Shown here: in pieces, positions 1-12,958 of the stretch
Layout: the number at the start of each line of letters is the position of its first letter
Position numbering within the stretch: position 1 is the first letter of the stretch
DNA from: Octopus vulgaris
Lineage: Eukaryota
Direction: 5' to 3'
DNA length: 64,000 bases
Assembly (NCBI GenBank): GCA_951406725.2
Contig: OX597837.1
Coordinates: 2,480,001 to 2,544,000, forward strand
The notes under the pieces: generated by a model
The model's database searches: none
What the model saw: the letters and a program-made list of their open reading frames with translations, nothing else
Told to the model about the DNA's origin: nothing
Translations under genes and position numbers: made by a program

Positions 1-550
1 AAACACGCACGCACGTACATATATGCATACATACATGCGTGTGTGTGTGTCATCGTGGTGTATATTCTTTAACTTGCAAACTTGTGTTTGTGTTTGAATA
101 TCTACCAAAGTAGCAATTCGTCTCTCTTATTCTCTGTCTTTATATGTGTATGTGTGTGTGAGTATACAGACATACACACATATACATAAATATATGTATA
201 CGCACACATATATATAAATATATATATGTGTGCGTATATATATGAATATATATATTTTTAAATATATATACGCGCACACATGTATATAAATGTATATGCA
301 TATGAATATGCTTACACACACACATATAAATACATACGCATATATATATAAAATATACACACACCCACGTGTATATACATCTATAAATAGACATATGCTG
401 ATACATATACGTACATATGTATAGACATTCATTTAGGTATACGAATGTATGTATAACGTATATACACGCAGGTGACTGTACGTTTATAATAATGGTGTAG
501 GGATTACTATTCTCAATTCCAGAGAGTATGGACAATAATATTCACTTCCG

Positions 551-601
551 GTGACAACCTATAATAAAGAATTCAATATATACATTTCTTGCAACAACAA
601 C

Positions 602-694
<93 letters not shown>

Positions 695-830
695 GGGGGT
701 GGTGGGGGTGGGGGTGGTGGTGCTGGTGCTGGTGCTGGTGCTGGTAGTAGTAGTAGTAGTAGTAGTTTTTTGAAGGAGAACAACAGTAATAATAACCTTA
801 ACAATAACAACCGCTGTGATGATGATGATA

Positions 831-872
<42 letters not shown>

Positions 873-1050
873 AGGCGGAGGAGGGAGAGGGGATGACCAC
901 GGTGGTGGATGTTGTGGGGGTACAGATGATAGTCACGACGGTGATGGTGGGTGACGATGATGATGGTGATGATGATAATGATGATGATGATGATGATGAC
1001 GGTGATGGTTATGGTGATAGCGATGGCTTCGGCATCACCATCATCATCAT
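551..1050. repeat. Compound trinucleotide microsatellite (AGT/GGT/GAT/CAT)
   Basis: Visible (AGT)n 602-684, (GGT)n and (GAT)n runs; explains the poly-S/G/D ORF. Confidence 0.95.
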
Positions 1051-1341
1051 CAACACCTCTTTACGATCAGTTCCATAAAATCTATTACCAAACTTAGTTA
1101 TCAAACCAAACGGTTCAGTTCTGTGACACGATATAAAAATACTTTACGATTTCACACTCCATTAATCACGAAGCTTACACACTCATCCGTATACGCACAC
1201 ACACATACATCCACTAACAAAATAAACGCCAACACACACACACACACACCTACACGACGCACAGACGAATAAATATTCACGTACGTATGTGTACATATGC
1301 GTGTATATGTATGTATATATGTATATGTTATATATACCATA

Positions 1342-1377
<36 letters not shown>

Positions 1378-1545
1378 TATTGTGAGAGACATCGAAGTTT
1401 CAGCTCGCTAAGCCAGTCCGGTGATGGCGTAGCTGACTGTAACTTCGAAGTCATTGTCAATAATATTCTTATAATATAGAATAATATAACAGAAGCAAAC
1501 ATTCACATAGATAGATAGATACATACATACATACATACATACATA

Positions 1546-1579
<34 letters not shown>

Positions 1580-1622
1580 CATACATACATACATACATAC
1601 ATACGTACGTACGTACGTACGC

Positions 1623-1674
<52 letters not shown>

Positions 1675-2166
1675 TATATGTAAATAAAATCATATATATA
1701 TTTGTAATATATATATATATATATGTATGCATATATATACATATGTATGTATGTATGTATGTGCCCCAGCATGGCCACAGCTCATGAGCTGAAACTAGAA
1801 TCAATCAATCAATCAATCATGTATGTACGTACATGTATGTATGAATGTACATATGTATGTATGCGTGTGTGTATGTATGTATGTATGTATGTATTTTCCC
1901 GATGCAGCACTCGACCTGAACTTGAGACTGTCTATACTCTTGGTTTGTACTCTTAAGTGAGCTGGAAATTCTTCAGGTGTAGGAAATCTAGATATCACAT
2001 CGTTAAGATCAACGTCTAAAGCCATAGCACGCAAAAGGTCAACGTGATGAGGGTCGTACTATTTAACGGTTTAAACACACGAGCAGCACTTCATCAGATG
2101 CGCTATTACACTTTGTGTCTGCCTCGCTTGACGACTAACTCCGTATTGCGTCCCTATTTGAAGTCT

Positions 2167-2915
2167 TGTTCGGTATGATTAGATATTCTATACAAGCTGT
2201 CTTTATAACACAACACCATCAACTATCGAACACAGAAACATATGTAACATATGAAATAATGAGATACCAATCTCATGTTTCATGTTTTTCTCTCATACTA
2301 GATGTGCTCTTTGAGTTGCGTTATAGCTCCATTCCAACCGCATCGTATCTTAAAGGATCACGTAGCAGTATGAATTTAATGCAATTACGATGTACACTTT
2401 CCAGTGATCACCTCGTATCTTTCAAGTATTTTTGTAAGATGTTTACATGTTTGTGATTCATATTTCGTCCCTGTCTGAAAACGTGTTCGGTATGATCAAA
2501 TATTCTCTTCATATTTACTTCTTTATTGCCCACAGGGGGCTAAACATAGAGAGGACAAACAAGGATAGGCGAAGGGATTAATTCAATTACATCGACCTTA
2601 TTTAATCGACCCCCAAAGGATAAAAGGCAAAGTCGACCTCGGCGGAATTTGAACTCAGAACGTAACGCTAAGCATTTCGCCCGGTGTTCTAACGATTCTG
2701 CCACCTCGCCGCCCTAATATTCTGTACATATTGCGTTTATAACACGACACCATCAATTATCGAACACAGAAACATGTGAAACAAATGTCATTATGAAATA
2801 CTAAACTTATGTTTCATGTTTTTCTCTCATAGATGTTCTATTTATATTACGTTATAGCTTTATTCCAACCGCATAGTATCTTAAAGGATTATGTAACAGA
2901 GGGAGATTAATGCAT
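2167..2915. repeat. Diverged direct duplication of ~220 bp (2167-2385 vs 2484-2506 + 2716-2915)
   Basis: Shared blocks tgttcggtatgat, acaccatcaa.tatcgaacacagaaacat, tgtttcatgtttttctctcata, attccaaccgcat.gtatcttaaaggat. Confidence 0.85.
2510..2714 (-). mobile_element. tRNA-derived SINE, family A (working name)
   Basis: Reverse complement of the head ggcggcgag.tggcagaatcgttag and the gagttcaaattcc B-box seen at 24423; flanked by direct repeat aatattct (2499-2506, 2716-2723). Confidence 0.9.
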
Positions 2916-3406
2916 TTTTAAGAGCCGCGACGAAAAGGGTAATTTTTTCGTAAACCTTGTGCATCTATTTCCACTTAGATATGAACAAAATCGAGTGGGA
3001 CCCGTTGCTCTGAAGCGTTCACTCCTTGAGAAAGACTCCGGTGCAATGTCCGCAGGAATCCAGCTGGAATTGAAGGGTAATGTATATGTGAACGATTTTT
3101 TGTCTCAAGATATGGATTAGTCAGCCACCAATCAAGGAGAAATTAAACAGCGTACGAAATGATTCTGCTGTCACGTCCACCGCGGCATATCTGGAATGGG
3201 TGTGGTTTAAGTTGCAAGTCTGCTAGTGGCCTGACAAGATATGGGGTTACAACTCCATGCCGGTGATACCAGAAGACAAACAGTTAAAATATGACATTTG
3301 GGAACATGTTTGCAGTACGGAAACTGGTCCGAAGAACCATCGGAGCAAAAATGGTTGTGAAGGTTCGAGGAAGGGATGGCATTCTTCTCACGTGAAGGAG
3401 CAACCG

Positions 3407-3460
<54 letters not shown>

Positions 3461-3478
3461 ACATACATGTAATATATA

Positions 3479-3699
3479 CGAGAGAGTGCTGAAAAGTTCC
3501 TGGCTTTGGGTAAAAAACAAATACAGGAGCATCAGTTAATTATGATTCTATTCACCATATTCCCCTCTCAGATTCACACACTTGTTGCAACGGTCCTTCA
3601 GGTTTTCTAAGCCCTGTAAAAGAATTCGGAAGGTTGAGTCTCCAACAAGGCCTTTCAAGACACCCTTAAAACCAGGAACTTTCAGCCCCTTTCCTTTCG
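3479..3699. mobile_element. Mariner-derived MITE
   Basis: Imperfect TIRs cgagagagtgctgaaaagttcctggcttt / aaaaccaggaactttcagcccc..cg, TA on both sides, no ORF. Confidence 0.75.
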
Positions 3700-3888
3700 T
3701 ACATATATATATATGAAGAAGTGCCAGCACACAGTTGTTGCTGGATCATATCCCTTTACGTGGTTATTTATAAGATATGTAATAGTATGATATAGAAAAA
3801 TCTCCAACATGCAGCGGAGACTACTGCACAGAAACAAATGTTGTAATTTATAATTAAAGTTTGTTCATTCCATCTTCTTGTTGTATAA

Positions 3889-3920
<32 letters not shown>

Positions 3921-3924
<4 letters not shown>

Positions 3925-4128
3925 TTACTCTTTTACTTGTTTCAGTCATTTGACTGCGGCCATGCTGGAGCACCGCCTTTAGTCGATCAAATCGACCCCG
4001 GGACTTATTCTTTGTAAGCCCAGTACTTATTCTATCGGTCTCTTTTGCCGAACCGCTAAGTGACGGGGACGTAAACACACCAGCATCGGTTGTCAAGCAA
4101 TGCTAGGGGGACAAACACAGACACACAA

Positions 4129-4163
<35 letters not shown>

Positions 4164-4326
4164 CATATATACGACAGGCTTCTTTCAGTTTCCGTCTACC
4201 AAATCCACTCACAAGGCATTGGTCGGCCCGGGGCTATAGCAGAAGACACTTGCCCAAGATGCCACGCAGTGGGACTGAACCTGCAACCATGTGGTTGGTT
4301 AGCAAGCTACTTACCACACAGCCACT
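3921..4326 (-). mobile_element. tRNA-derived SINE, family B, near full length
   Basis: Minus-strand head gtggctgtgtggtaagtagcttgct...ggttcagtccc, internal (TA/CA) tract, tail ggcggtgctccagcatggccgcagtcaaatgactgaaacaagtaaaagag; same family repeated many times in the window. Confidence 0.92.
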
Positions 4327-4533
4327 ATACATATGTGTATGTGTATGTGCGTGCAAGAATGCAACAGTATGCATTTTCCAAGGTTTCCACACGATTCAAC
4401 CAACCTGTTGTTACAATATTTGTTGTTGTTGTTGTTGTTGTTGCTGCTGCTGCTGCTGCTGTTGCTGTTGTTGTTGCTCACATATCAAATGCAGCAGCGG
4501 CTGCTAATACCGCTACTACTACTACCACTACTA

Positions 4534-4591
<58 letters not shown>

Positions 4592-5327
4592 CGATGATGA
4601 CGATGATGATGTTGATGATGATGTTGATGATGATGATGATGATGATGATGATGACGACGACGATGATTATGATGATGCTGAAACCTGACATCCACCATCA
4701 ACTCCTTATTCCCCACCCCTCAGCAGGCGACCAGTTCCTTCAATAATATCAAATCAATAGAAGCACTAATAACAAGTGGAGCATCCATAGATATGCCATG
4801 CGCTGGCTTCCGACGAAGCTGTGAGTTTCGAAAGCTCGAGGCGAGACCAAAATGATTTAATTAATTACAGTGAACAATCTCCTTTTTTTTTTTGTCATCC
4901 CAATCCAAATGGCCCTCACCCCTCACAACGACAAGAACCACTCCTCCCCACTCAACCCGCTGTAGGAAATCTTACTTTTCTAATTTAACCTTGGTTTATA
5001 TTTTTGCTGCGTTTGGGCAATTTTTTGCAGATTGTTAAGAATAAGAATTTCAATAATATTAAAATCAACATTTAGTAAAACAGCAACAGTAATAAGAAGA
5101 ATATTTATAAAAAGAAAAACACATTGGAAATGTGAACCGACTGAAATTTAATATTGAATGCTTGAGTATGTTCCGGGTGTGAGGGTGGAGGTGTGTTTGT
5201 GCGCATCCCAATACTATGAGTGGATATCGTGTGTGTTTATGTCTATTTACGAATGTGGTGTTCAGGTGTATGTATGTCTGAGAATACGTGTGTACAGCTA
5301 TAAGCATGCATTTGTGTATATACATAC

Positions 5328-5397
<70 letters not shown>

Positions 5398-5508
5398 CAT
5401 AGACACACATACACATACATATATATATGTATGTGTGTGTGTAAATGTATAAGCATTTTTGTATATATGCATATGTATGTATGTATGTATAGATAGATAG
5501 ATAGACAA

Positions 5509-5575
<67 letters not shown>

Positions 5576-5576
5576 T

Positions 5577-5611
<35 letters not shown>

Positions 5612-6094
5612 CAAAGTATACATATGAATATGTATACAATGTGTATGTGAGTATATAAATATGTGTGTGTGTGTATGTAAGTATGTGTGTGTATGTATGT
5701 GTGCGTATATACATAAATATAGTGATACAGGGCAAACAGGTAAACATGTAGAGGAGAAGGAGAGAGAAAAAGAGGTGAAATTAATTATATTTTGGCTTTT
5801 ATAAAAGTGACAATGAAAGTACGAGATGTTTATGAGAGAGAGAGAGAGAGGGGGAGGGAGAGAAAGAGAGAGAAAGAGAGAGAACGACTCAATGAGATGG
5901 AGGAAAAGAAAAGCTAATTGAGATGAAAGCGACGACGACGACGATGTCAGTTGTTAAGACAATAGTCATTGACAACTTTAACAAGATGTATTTGGCCACG
6001 TAAGAAATATTCGAACTGATAGGAATGATTAATATGTAGTAATGTATACTCTTGTGTGCGTGTGCGCTTTATTAAGATTGAAGCCGAGAGTTTG

Positions 6095-6137
6095 CTTCGC
6101 TAGTTGAGTTTCACACCACTGCGATCATCAGACGAAA
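6095..6137 (-). ncRNA. Minimal type I hammerhead-like motif (degenerate)
   Basis: Minus strand tttcgt-CTGATGA-tcgcagtggtgt-GAAAC-tcaa-CTA-gcgaag; ttcgt/gcgaa can form stem I; stem III pair broken (C opposite C). Confidence 0.5.
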
Positions 6138-7439
6138 CGATATCCTCTATGACTTGTACTGGACACTCCTTTCTCGTCCGATATTAAGCAACATACGTAT
6201 ATATATATATATAAAAACATAAAAACAAAAACATCGAAAACGAACTTTTTTTCGAACAATTAAAAAACAAGCAGAGAAACGAGACATGCAACATAAAGAA
6301 TATTCCTCTTCATCAGTTGTCCCTGTTTCATTTAATCCGCGTTTCGAAGGTAAGGACGATACGCGACTTGATTGAAACAATCCTTCCCGCAAAGCAATTT
6401 ATATAAAATTTGGGATTTTTTGCGGAGGGTGAAAGTGGTAACAAGAATAGGACAGTGAGAACAAGACAGTAAAAACAAACAGTGAGGGCTGTTGAGCCAA
6501 GACGATAGAAAAATTATTATGAACGCGAGGAGGACGAGCTATGAGAAGAGACAGGCATAAGCATGTCTTGTCTTTAGGAAGGAAATGGACAGAAAGATAG
6601 ATTCCTTTTCATCACGTGTCAGCGACGAGAGAGTCAAGGAGGAAGAGTGAGAGAGAGGGAACGGTGAAGACGAGAGGAGAATATAGAAGGGTGGGAGAGA
6701 AATCTAGAAAAGATGAAGAACAAAAGGGGGGAGAGAGATAGACAGAGAAGAGAAAGTAGAGATAGAAGAAGAGCGCATCGTAATTATTAAGATAAAATTT
6801 ACTTGGAAAAGGATGCGTGGCGTTCGATCATATACTATTATAAATAATATAATAATATATAAATATATGCATATATACATACATATATGTACATACCTAC
6901 ATATATAATCGAGTCATCACACTTGAAAACATTCGCGTTGTCTTCAAGTCAAATACTATCCAGATATTGAGTTTGATATAGGCCTCTTATTCTCATGGTC
7001 AACTTAAATCTTTGTTATTGGGTCATTTGTATTATCTCACTTTGGTATAAGAAACAATGACTGTTTAACGGAATGAAAAACCAGCAATAGGGATATTGCT
7101 ATGGGAAAGTAGAGAAAGCTTTGGTAGGATTGGATGGTAAATAGAGATAAATGGCTAAATGTGAGGTTAAACATGAAAATAAAATTCAGCTTTTTAAAAA
7201 CAAAATAAAATTGAGGACGAAGTACTAATTCAAATCGAAGTAAATTAAAGGAATTTTAAAAAATTAAACATTAAAAAAATTAAAGAAAATGAAAATATAT
7301 TTATATGTATACGCACACACACACACCCGAACGCACGCACACACGTTTGCAGTTATCCCTTAAGTATCATACCCATCTTGACCAATGTCTCTCAGTATAG
7401 TTTTAAAGTTATCGTGGGAACCTACTGAAGGATTTATTA

Positions 7440-7710
7440 TGGAAATGCTTGCAGCGTGTCGCTAATTCCTGTCTACAATTAATTTGGTTACTCTCTGACG
7501 TAAGTATTTGGAGATACTCCTCTAGGCACAGTTTGCATTTCTTACCTGATTTTTCATATGGTTTTGCTTGACTTAGGATCGAACATTTTAACTCGAATCT
7601 AGTTTTACTTACCCAGAAATGCTATGTTAGTTTGCTAGGTGATGTCGTGTTTTCTTTATTCTATGTTTAAATGACGAGATGTGGTTGTAATAGCGAAGCT
7701 TGAAGGTCTT
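7440..7710 (-). mobile_element. Penelope-like element remnant, C-terminal part of GIY-YIG endonuclease
   Basis: Manual translation gives FKLRYYNHISSFKH then ILSQAKPYEKSGKKCKLCLEEYLQI...INCRQELATRCKH, matching the PLE pattern FKxRYxNHxxSF...PY...CxLCLxE...NxRxE...CxH. Confidence 0.7.
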
Positions 7711-7856
7711 AGACCTCTCCGAGTGCTCACCTTCATCAGACATATACAGATGTGGAGACGAAATCCAACACTTTCCTCCATTAGGCACGCTTAACAATTG
7801 TGAAAAGCTCTTCACACGAAGCCATTCGTTGCCTTGACAACCAAAATGTATAAATG

Positions 7857-7901
<45 letters not shown>

Positions 7902-7905
<4 letters not shown>

Positions 7906-8209
7906 GAAATGAAGAAAATGCTGACAAAATAATTTAAGTAAGGGAGAGTGTATTTAATTAGGTGAAAGTTCTTTACTGGTTGCGCATTTGTTATGCTTAT
8001 CAAAAGATATTTTGAGTGAGATAGAGATAGAGTTCCTTTCTGATTGATTTTTTTCTAAAAAATCAATCAGAAAGGAACCTATCTCTATCTCACTCAAAAT
8101 ATCTTTTGATAAGCATAACAAATGCGCAACCAGTAAAAAGAACTTTCACCTAATTAAATACAGTCTCCCTTACTTAAATTATTTTGTCAGCATTTTCTTC
8201 ATTTCCTTT
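7902..8209. repeat. ~310 bp near-perfect palindrome (arms ~150 bp), probably inverted Penelope-like termini
   Basis: aaaggaaatgaagaaaatgctgac...tgattttttt ct aaaaaatca...gtcagcattttcttcatttccttt; only a few small indels or mismatches. Confidence 0.95.
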
Positions 8210-8245
8210 TTTATATATCACAACTCGTGTTCCACATCTCCTTTT

Positions 8246-8349
<104 letters not shown>

Positions 8350-8374
8350 TATATATTTTCATATATATACATAT

Positions 8375-8675
8375 ACCACTTGATCACTTGACCGACCAGA
8401 CCATCAGATGTTGCTACACATCGCTGGTCACAATACGTTCGCATTGTTTTAGCCTTCGAATGACGCCATCCCGCTGGCTAAGCGAGCAGGCCAACAGAGT
8501 GAGAGAAAGAGTGGTGAGAGAGTACAGCAGGGATCACCACCATCCCTGCCGGAGCCTCGTGGAGCTTTTTACGTGTTTTCGCTCAATAAACACTCACAAC
8601 GCCCGGTTTGGGAATCGTAACCGCGATCCTACAACCGCGAGTCCGCTGCCCTAACCACTGGGCCATTGCGCCTCC
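8375..8675 (-). mobile_element. tRNA-derived SINE, family C
   Basis: Minus-strand head ggaggcgcaatggcccagtggttagggcagcggactcgcgg...ggttacgattccc (A and B boxes); degenerate sibling at 25355-25590. Confidence 0.88.
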
Positions 8676-8701
8676 ACATATATGTATATATATATATACA
8701 C

Positions 8702-8757
<56 letters not shown>

Positions 8758-8970
8758 TGAGAGAGAGAGAGATGCATGCATGTATGTATGAATGTATGTA
8801 TGCAGGCATGTTTAAAAGGTTTCCGCAATATGCCAATTATTAGGATTGAACCCGGTGTGTCATCATTGTGAACTTCTTAGCCATTCCACCAATATGAATC
8901 CGAGTCAGCATGCATGTATGTATGTATGGAAATGTAGATAGATAGATAGATAGATACATACATACATACA

Positions 8971-9003
<33 letters not shown>

Positions 9004-9313
9004 TCATACATACATACACACATGCACACATACATACACGCGTACATACATACATACATACATACATACATACATACACGCGTACATACATACATACATA
9101 CATAGGCGCATGCATATAATACATACGTGAAGATATTCATATGTGTGTGTATGCATGGTCGTGCATGCATGCATGTGCGCGTGCGTGTTTGCTTGCTTGT
9201 GTTTATACGGCCAACGGCAGACACATCTGTGCATGTACATATCTCTGTGCATATTTGCGTACATACATATGCACACACACTTACATACATACTTATATAT
9301 ATATTTATATATA

Positions 9314-9430
<117 letters not shown>

Positions 9431-9593
9431 CATGAATATGCACAGATGTAACATAATTCTACACATGTACTTACGCGCGTGTTTATGCCTATGTGTCTAT
9501 GTTTTGTGTGTGCGTGTAAATGCATTTTTATACGTGCTAGAGACTCCTATGGCCAAGTAAAGGTGTATATATGTATACATGCGTCTAAGTGTA

Positions 9594-9637
<44 letters not shown>

Positions 9638-9966
9638 CATACATATAAAGACACACATATATACACATATACTCTTACAGGAACTGCGCATGTCTATACA
9701 CATGTTCATGTTAGCTTGCGTGTCTACGAGTGTGAAGAATGTCTGCGTGTGTGTACGTGTGTGCGTATTTTTGAGTGTATGTATGTGTGTATAGGTATGG
9801 ATATATATTAAATTAAGTGCATCTCCAATGGATGTCATTTATAATTTAATCAATTTTCCTTCTGTGGCTTCACACTAAGCATTTATTCCGGGACTTCCAT
9901 GCATTCATTATACCTCTACAGACCTATACACACATACATACATACATACATACATACATACATACA

Positions 9967-10053
<87 letters not shown>

Positions 10054-10123
10054 GTGTGTGTGTGTATATATATATATATACATATATATCTATATATATA
10101 CATTTATACATATTCAAATATAC

Positions 10124-10179
<56 letters not shown>

Positions 10180-10453
10180 ATATACATATATCTATGTATT
10201 CAATGTATTCAAATGTACATATATATATATGGATATAGAATGCATAGATACGTATATGTATATATATGTGTGTGTATGTACATATGTATACATATATATA
10301 GGCGTATATAGATATATATGCATATACATGCTTTTAAGCATTCACACATAATTATGTATATGCATATATATATTTAAGTTGACTTCTATGTATATAGATG
10401 TGTGTATATACATACAGATATATTTATATATATATATATGTGTGTGTGTGTTG

Positions 10454-10514
<61 letters not shown>

Positions 10515-10522
10515 TATGCATC

Positions 10523-10582
<60 letters not shown>

Positions 10583-10594
10583 AATATATGCATC

Positions 10595-10721
<127 letters not shown>

Positions 10722-10850
10722 ACATATGCATACACATTGCATGTGCTATAGGAAGCATATACAACTGTCAGAAAATCGTTCAACCTTCTGCTCAGTGTCA
10801 GAACCAATATAAATCTCTTCTTATTACTTCAAGTACTTAGCGGAGAGCAA

Positions 10851-10888
10851 ATCTGACTGCTTCGACTTATTGAGTCTCATTAGCCGAC
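10851..10888 (-). ncRNA. Degenerate hammerhead-like motif
   Basis: Minus strand CTAATGA-gact-caata-agtc-GAAGC-a-GTC; perfect 4-bp stem II but two core substitutions and poor stem I. Confidence 0.4.
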
Positions 10889-10971
10889 ATTTACTTAATT
10901 CATACCTCTCTCCGTATTCGCGTTCCACCTTTTTGTCTTTCCCCTCATAACTATATGTATATGTGCTATAC

Positions 10972-11027
<56 letters not shown>

Positions 11028-11141
11028 GTATACACACACACACAAACTGATATGCAAGCATACATATTCACATACAATTAATAGACGTATATATATATAT
11101 ATAGATAGATAGATGGATAGATTGACATGCACACACACACA

Positions 11142-11187
<46 letters not shown>

Positions 11188-11399
11188 CATACATTGATAT
11201 ACACACAAACACATATAAGCACGTATATACCATGATATAATGATATATATAAGTGTGTGTGTGTATGTATAAATGTATACGGACACACGGATATGTACTT
11301 CAACATACATGCAAACTTAAATACATATACGCTTACCAAATACATACATATGCATATCTATACTCACAGGTACGCAGACACACACACACACAGAGGCAT

Positions 11400-11436
<37 letters not shown>

Positions 11437-11479
11437 AAAGGTGGGTGGGGGTGTTCGTTTCCAATTTTACTGCTTTCAG

Positions 11480-11596
11480 TCAATGGAGCGCGGGTCCCCA
11501 GGAGCATATGTTTCAAAGTTATAGAAATCAAATGGACACCCAGGGGTTGGTAAACACACCACCCCAGTTATCAAGCAGTGGAGGAGTCGAGCACAG

Positions 11597-11600
<4 letters not shown>
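11480..11600 (-). mobile_element. Degenerate SINE family B 3' fragment
   Basis: tttcagtcaatggagcgcgg..., gtaaacacaccacc..gttatcaagcagtg resemble 3940-4100. Confidence 0.55.
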
Positions 11601-11640
<40 letters not shown>

Positions 11641-11759
11641 ATCCTCCGATAAATTATTGATTGTACTGAATCAATTCAGGGGTCAAGATTCGATATTCAC
11701 AATGTATTGTTCAACCTGTTGAATAACTTCCAAGAGATGAGAACTTGAATCTTAGTGAA

Positions 11760-11814
<55 letters not shown>

Positions 11815-11904
11815 GGCTTGTTTGTTTGTTTGCTTGTTTGTTTGCTTGTTTATAATCAAGGATAAAATCTCTATAAAATTTTACCAAGTAGCCAGCATAT
11901 AATA

Positions 11905-12185
11905 AATCATTTCCCCTCAAATTGGTGGTCCACGGACCGATGCCGTTTAGCGAGCCATCAGCTGCCGGTACACGGCGAGTGTTCAGAAAAGAAAGAAACA
12001 TTATAAAATGCTTATGTAATATTATATTATTTATTTACAATATAAATACAAGATAAAGAAAAATTGTCAACTTTTATTATATCCATTATATATAATGTTT
12101 CCGGTATAGATTTATATTACTAAGAAATATTACCGGTCCCTGGCACATTGGAAAAAAAACTACCGGTACGCCACATCAGAGTAGC
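11905..12185. mobile_element. Possible hAT (Charlie-like) non-autonomous remnant
   Basis: Subterminal-type motifs ggtccacggaccg, ccggtacacgg, ccggtccctgg, ccggtacgcc; TIRs not clearly visible. Confidence 0.35.
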
Positions 12186-12207
12186 TCTGATATAAGTAAC
12201 AATTAAT

Positions 12208-12428
12208 ACAAAATATATAATTGTATAAATATAATTATAGTAAGAGCATTAATGAGTAGCGCCACATGCTAGAAATAGTCGCGAAATGGCTCTAAGAACT
12301 ACATTATTTACCACATTGGCACGTGGTAAATAATGTAGTTATTAGAGCCATTTGGCGTCTATTTCAAGCATGTGGTGCTACACATTAGTGCCCTTACAAT
12401 AATCATATTTATATAATTATATATTTTA
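12208..12428. repeat. Imperfect palindrome / foldback element (arms ~105 bp, loop ~8 nt)
   Basis: gtagcgccacatgctagaaatag...aactacattatttaccac attggcac gtggtaaataatgtagtt...ctatttcaagcatgtggtgctac. Confidence 0.9.
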
Positions 12429-12431
12429 TGA

Positions 12432-12477
<46 letters not shown>

Positions 12478-12544
12478 CATACATTCATATGTGTGTGTAT
12501 TTATATATACATTATACATACATATAAATATACATATATATATA

Positions 12545-12579
<35 letters not shown>

Positions 12580-12591
12580 ATATACATCATA

Positions 12592-12909
12592 CATAAGGCA
12601 AAATGGGAACCAATCTACAAAGAGATCCACAAACGAAACTGGTCCAGCATTCTGTGTATGCGAGACATTGATCTGAAACTCAGCCAGTTTATGTCAACAG
12701 TGCAAACTATATGCACTAAATATGTCCCAGAAAGAAGGGCCAGCGCACTATCAAACAAGATTCCCAGGCACAGAAGAATCCTCATGAGACGCAGGTCAAA
12801 GGTATCAAAGCGGCTGAATGGGCAACTGGAGGATAGAGAGAAGTATGTCTTAACACGGACGCTCCTAGAAATTGAAAGCGATATCAAACTCTCTCACGAA
12901 AAGGAAAGA

Positions 12910-12958
<49 letters not shown>

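Noticed and set aside
2980-3076. Possible exon (ttag...gtaatg) encoding YEQNRVGPVALKRSLLEKDSG
   Set aside because: Weak splice signals, unrecognised peptide, no partner exons
6290-6395. Hammerhead on the minus strand (ctgatgaagagg and cgaaacgcg)
   Set aside because: The two core halves are in the wrong order or not joined by stem II; probably a PLE-related flank but not callable
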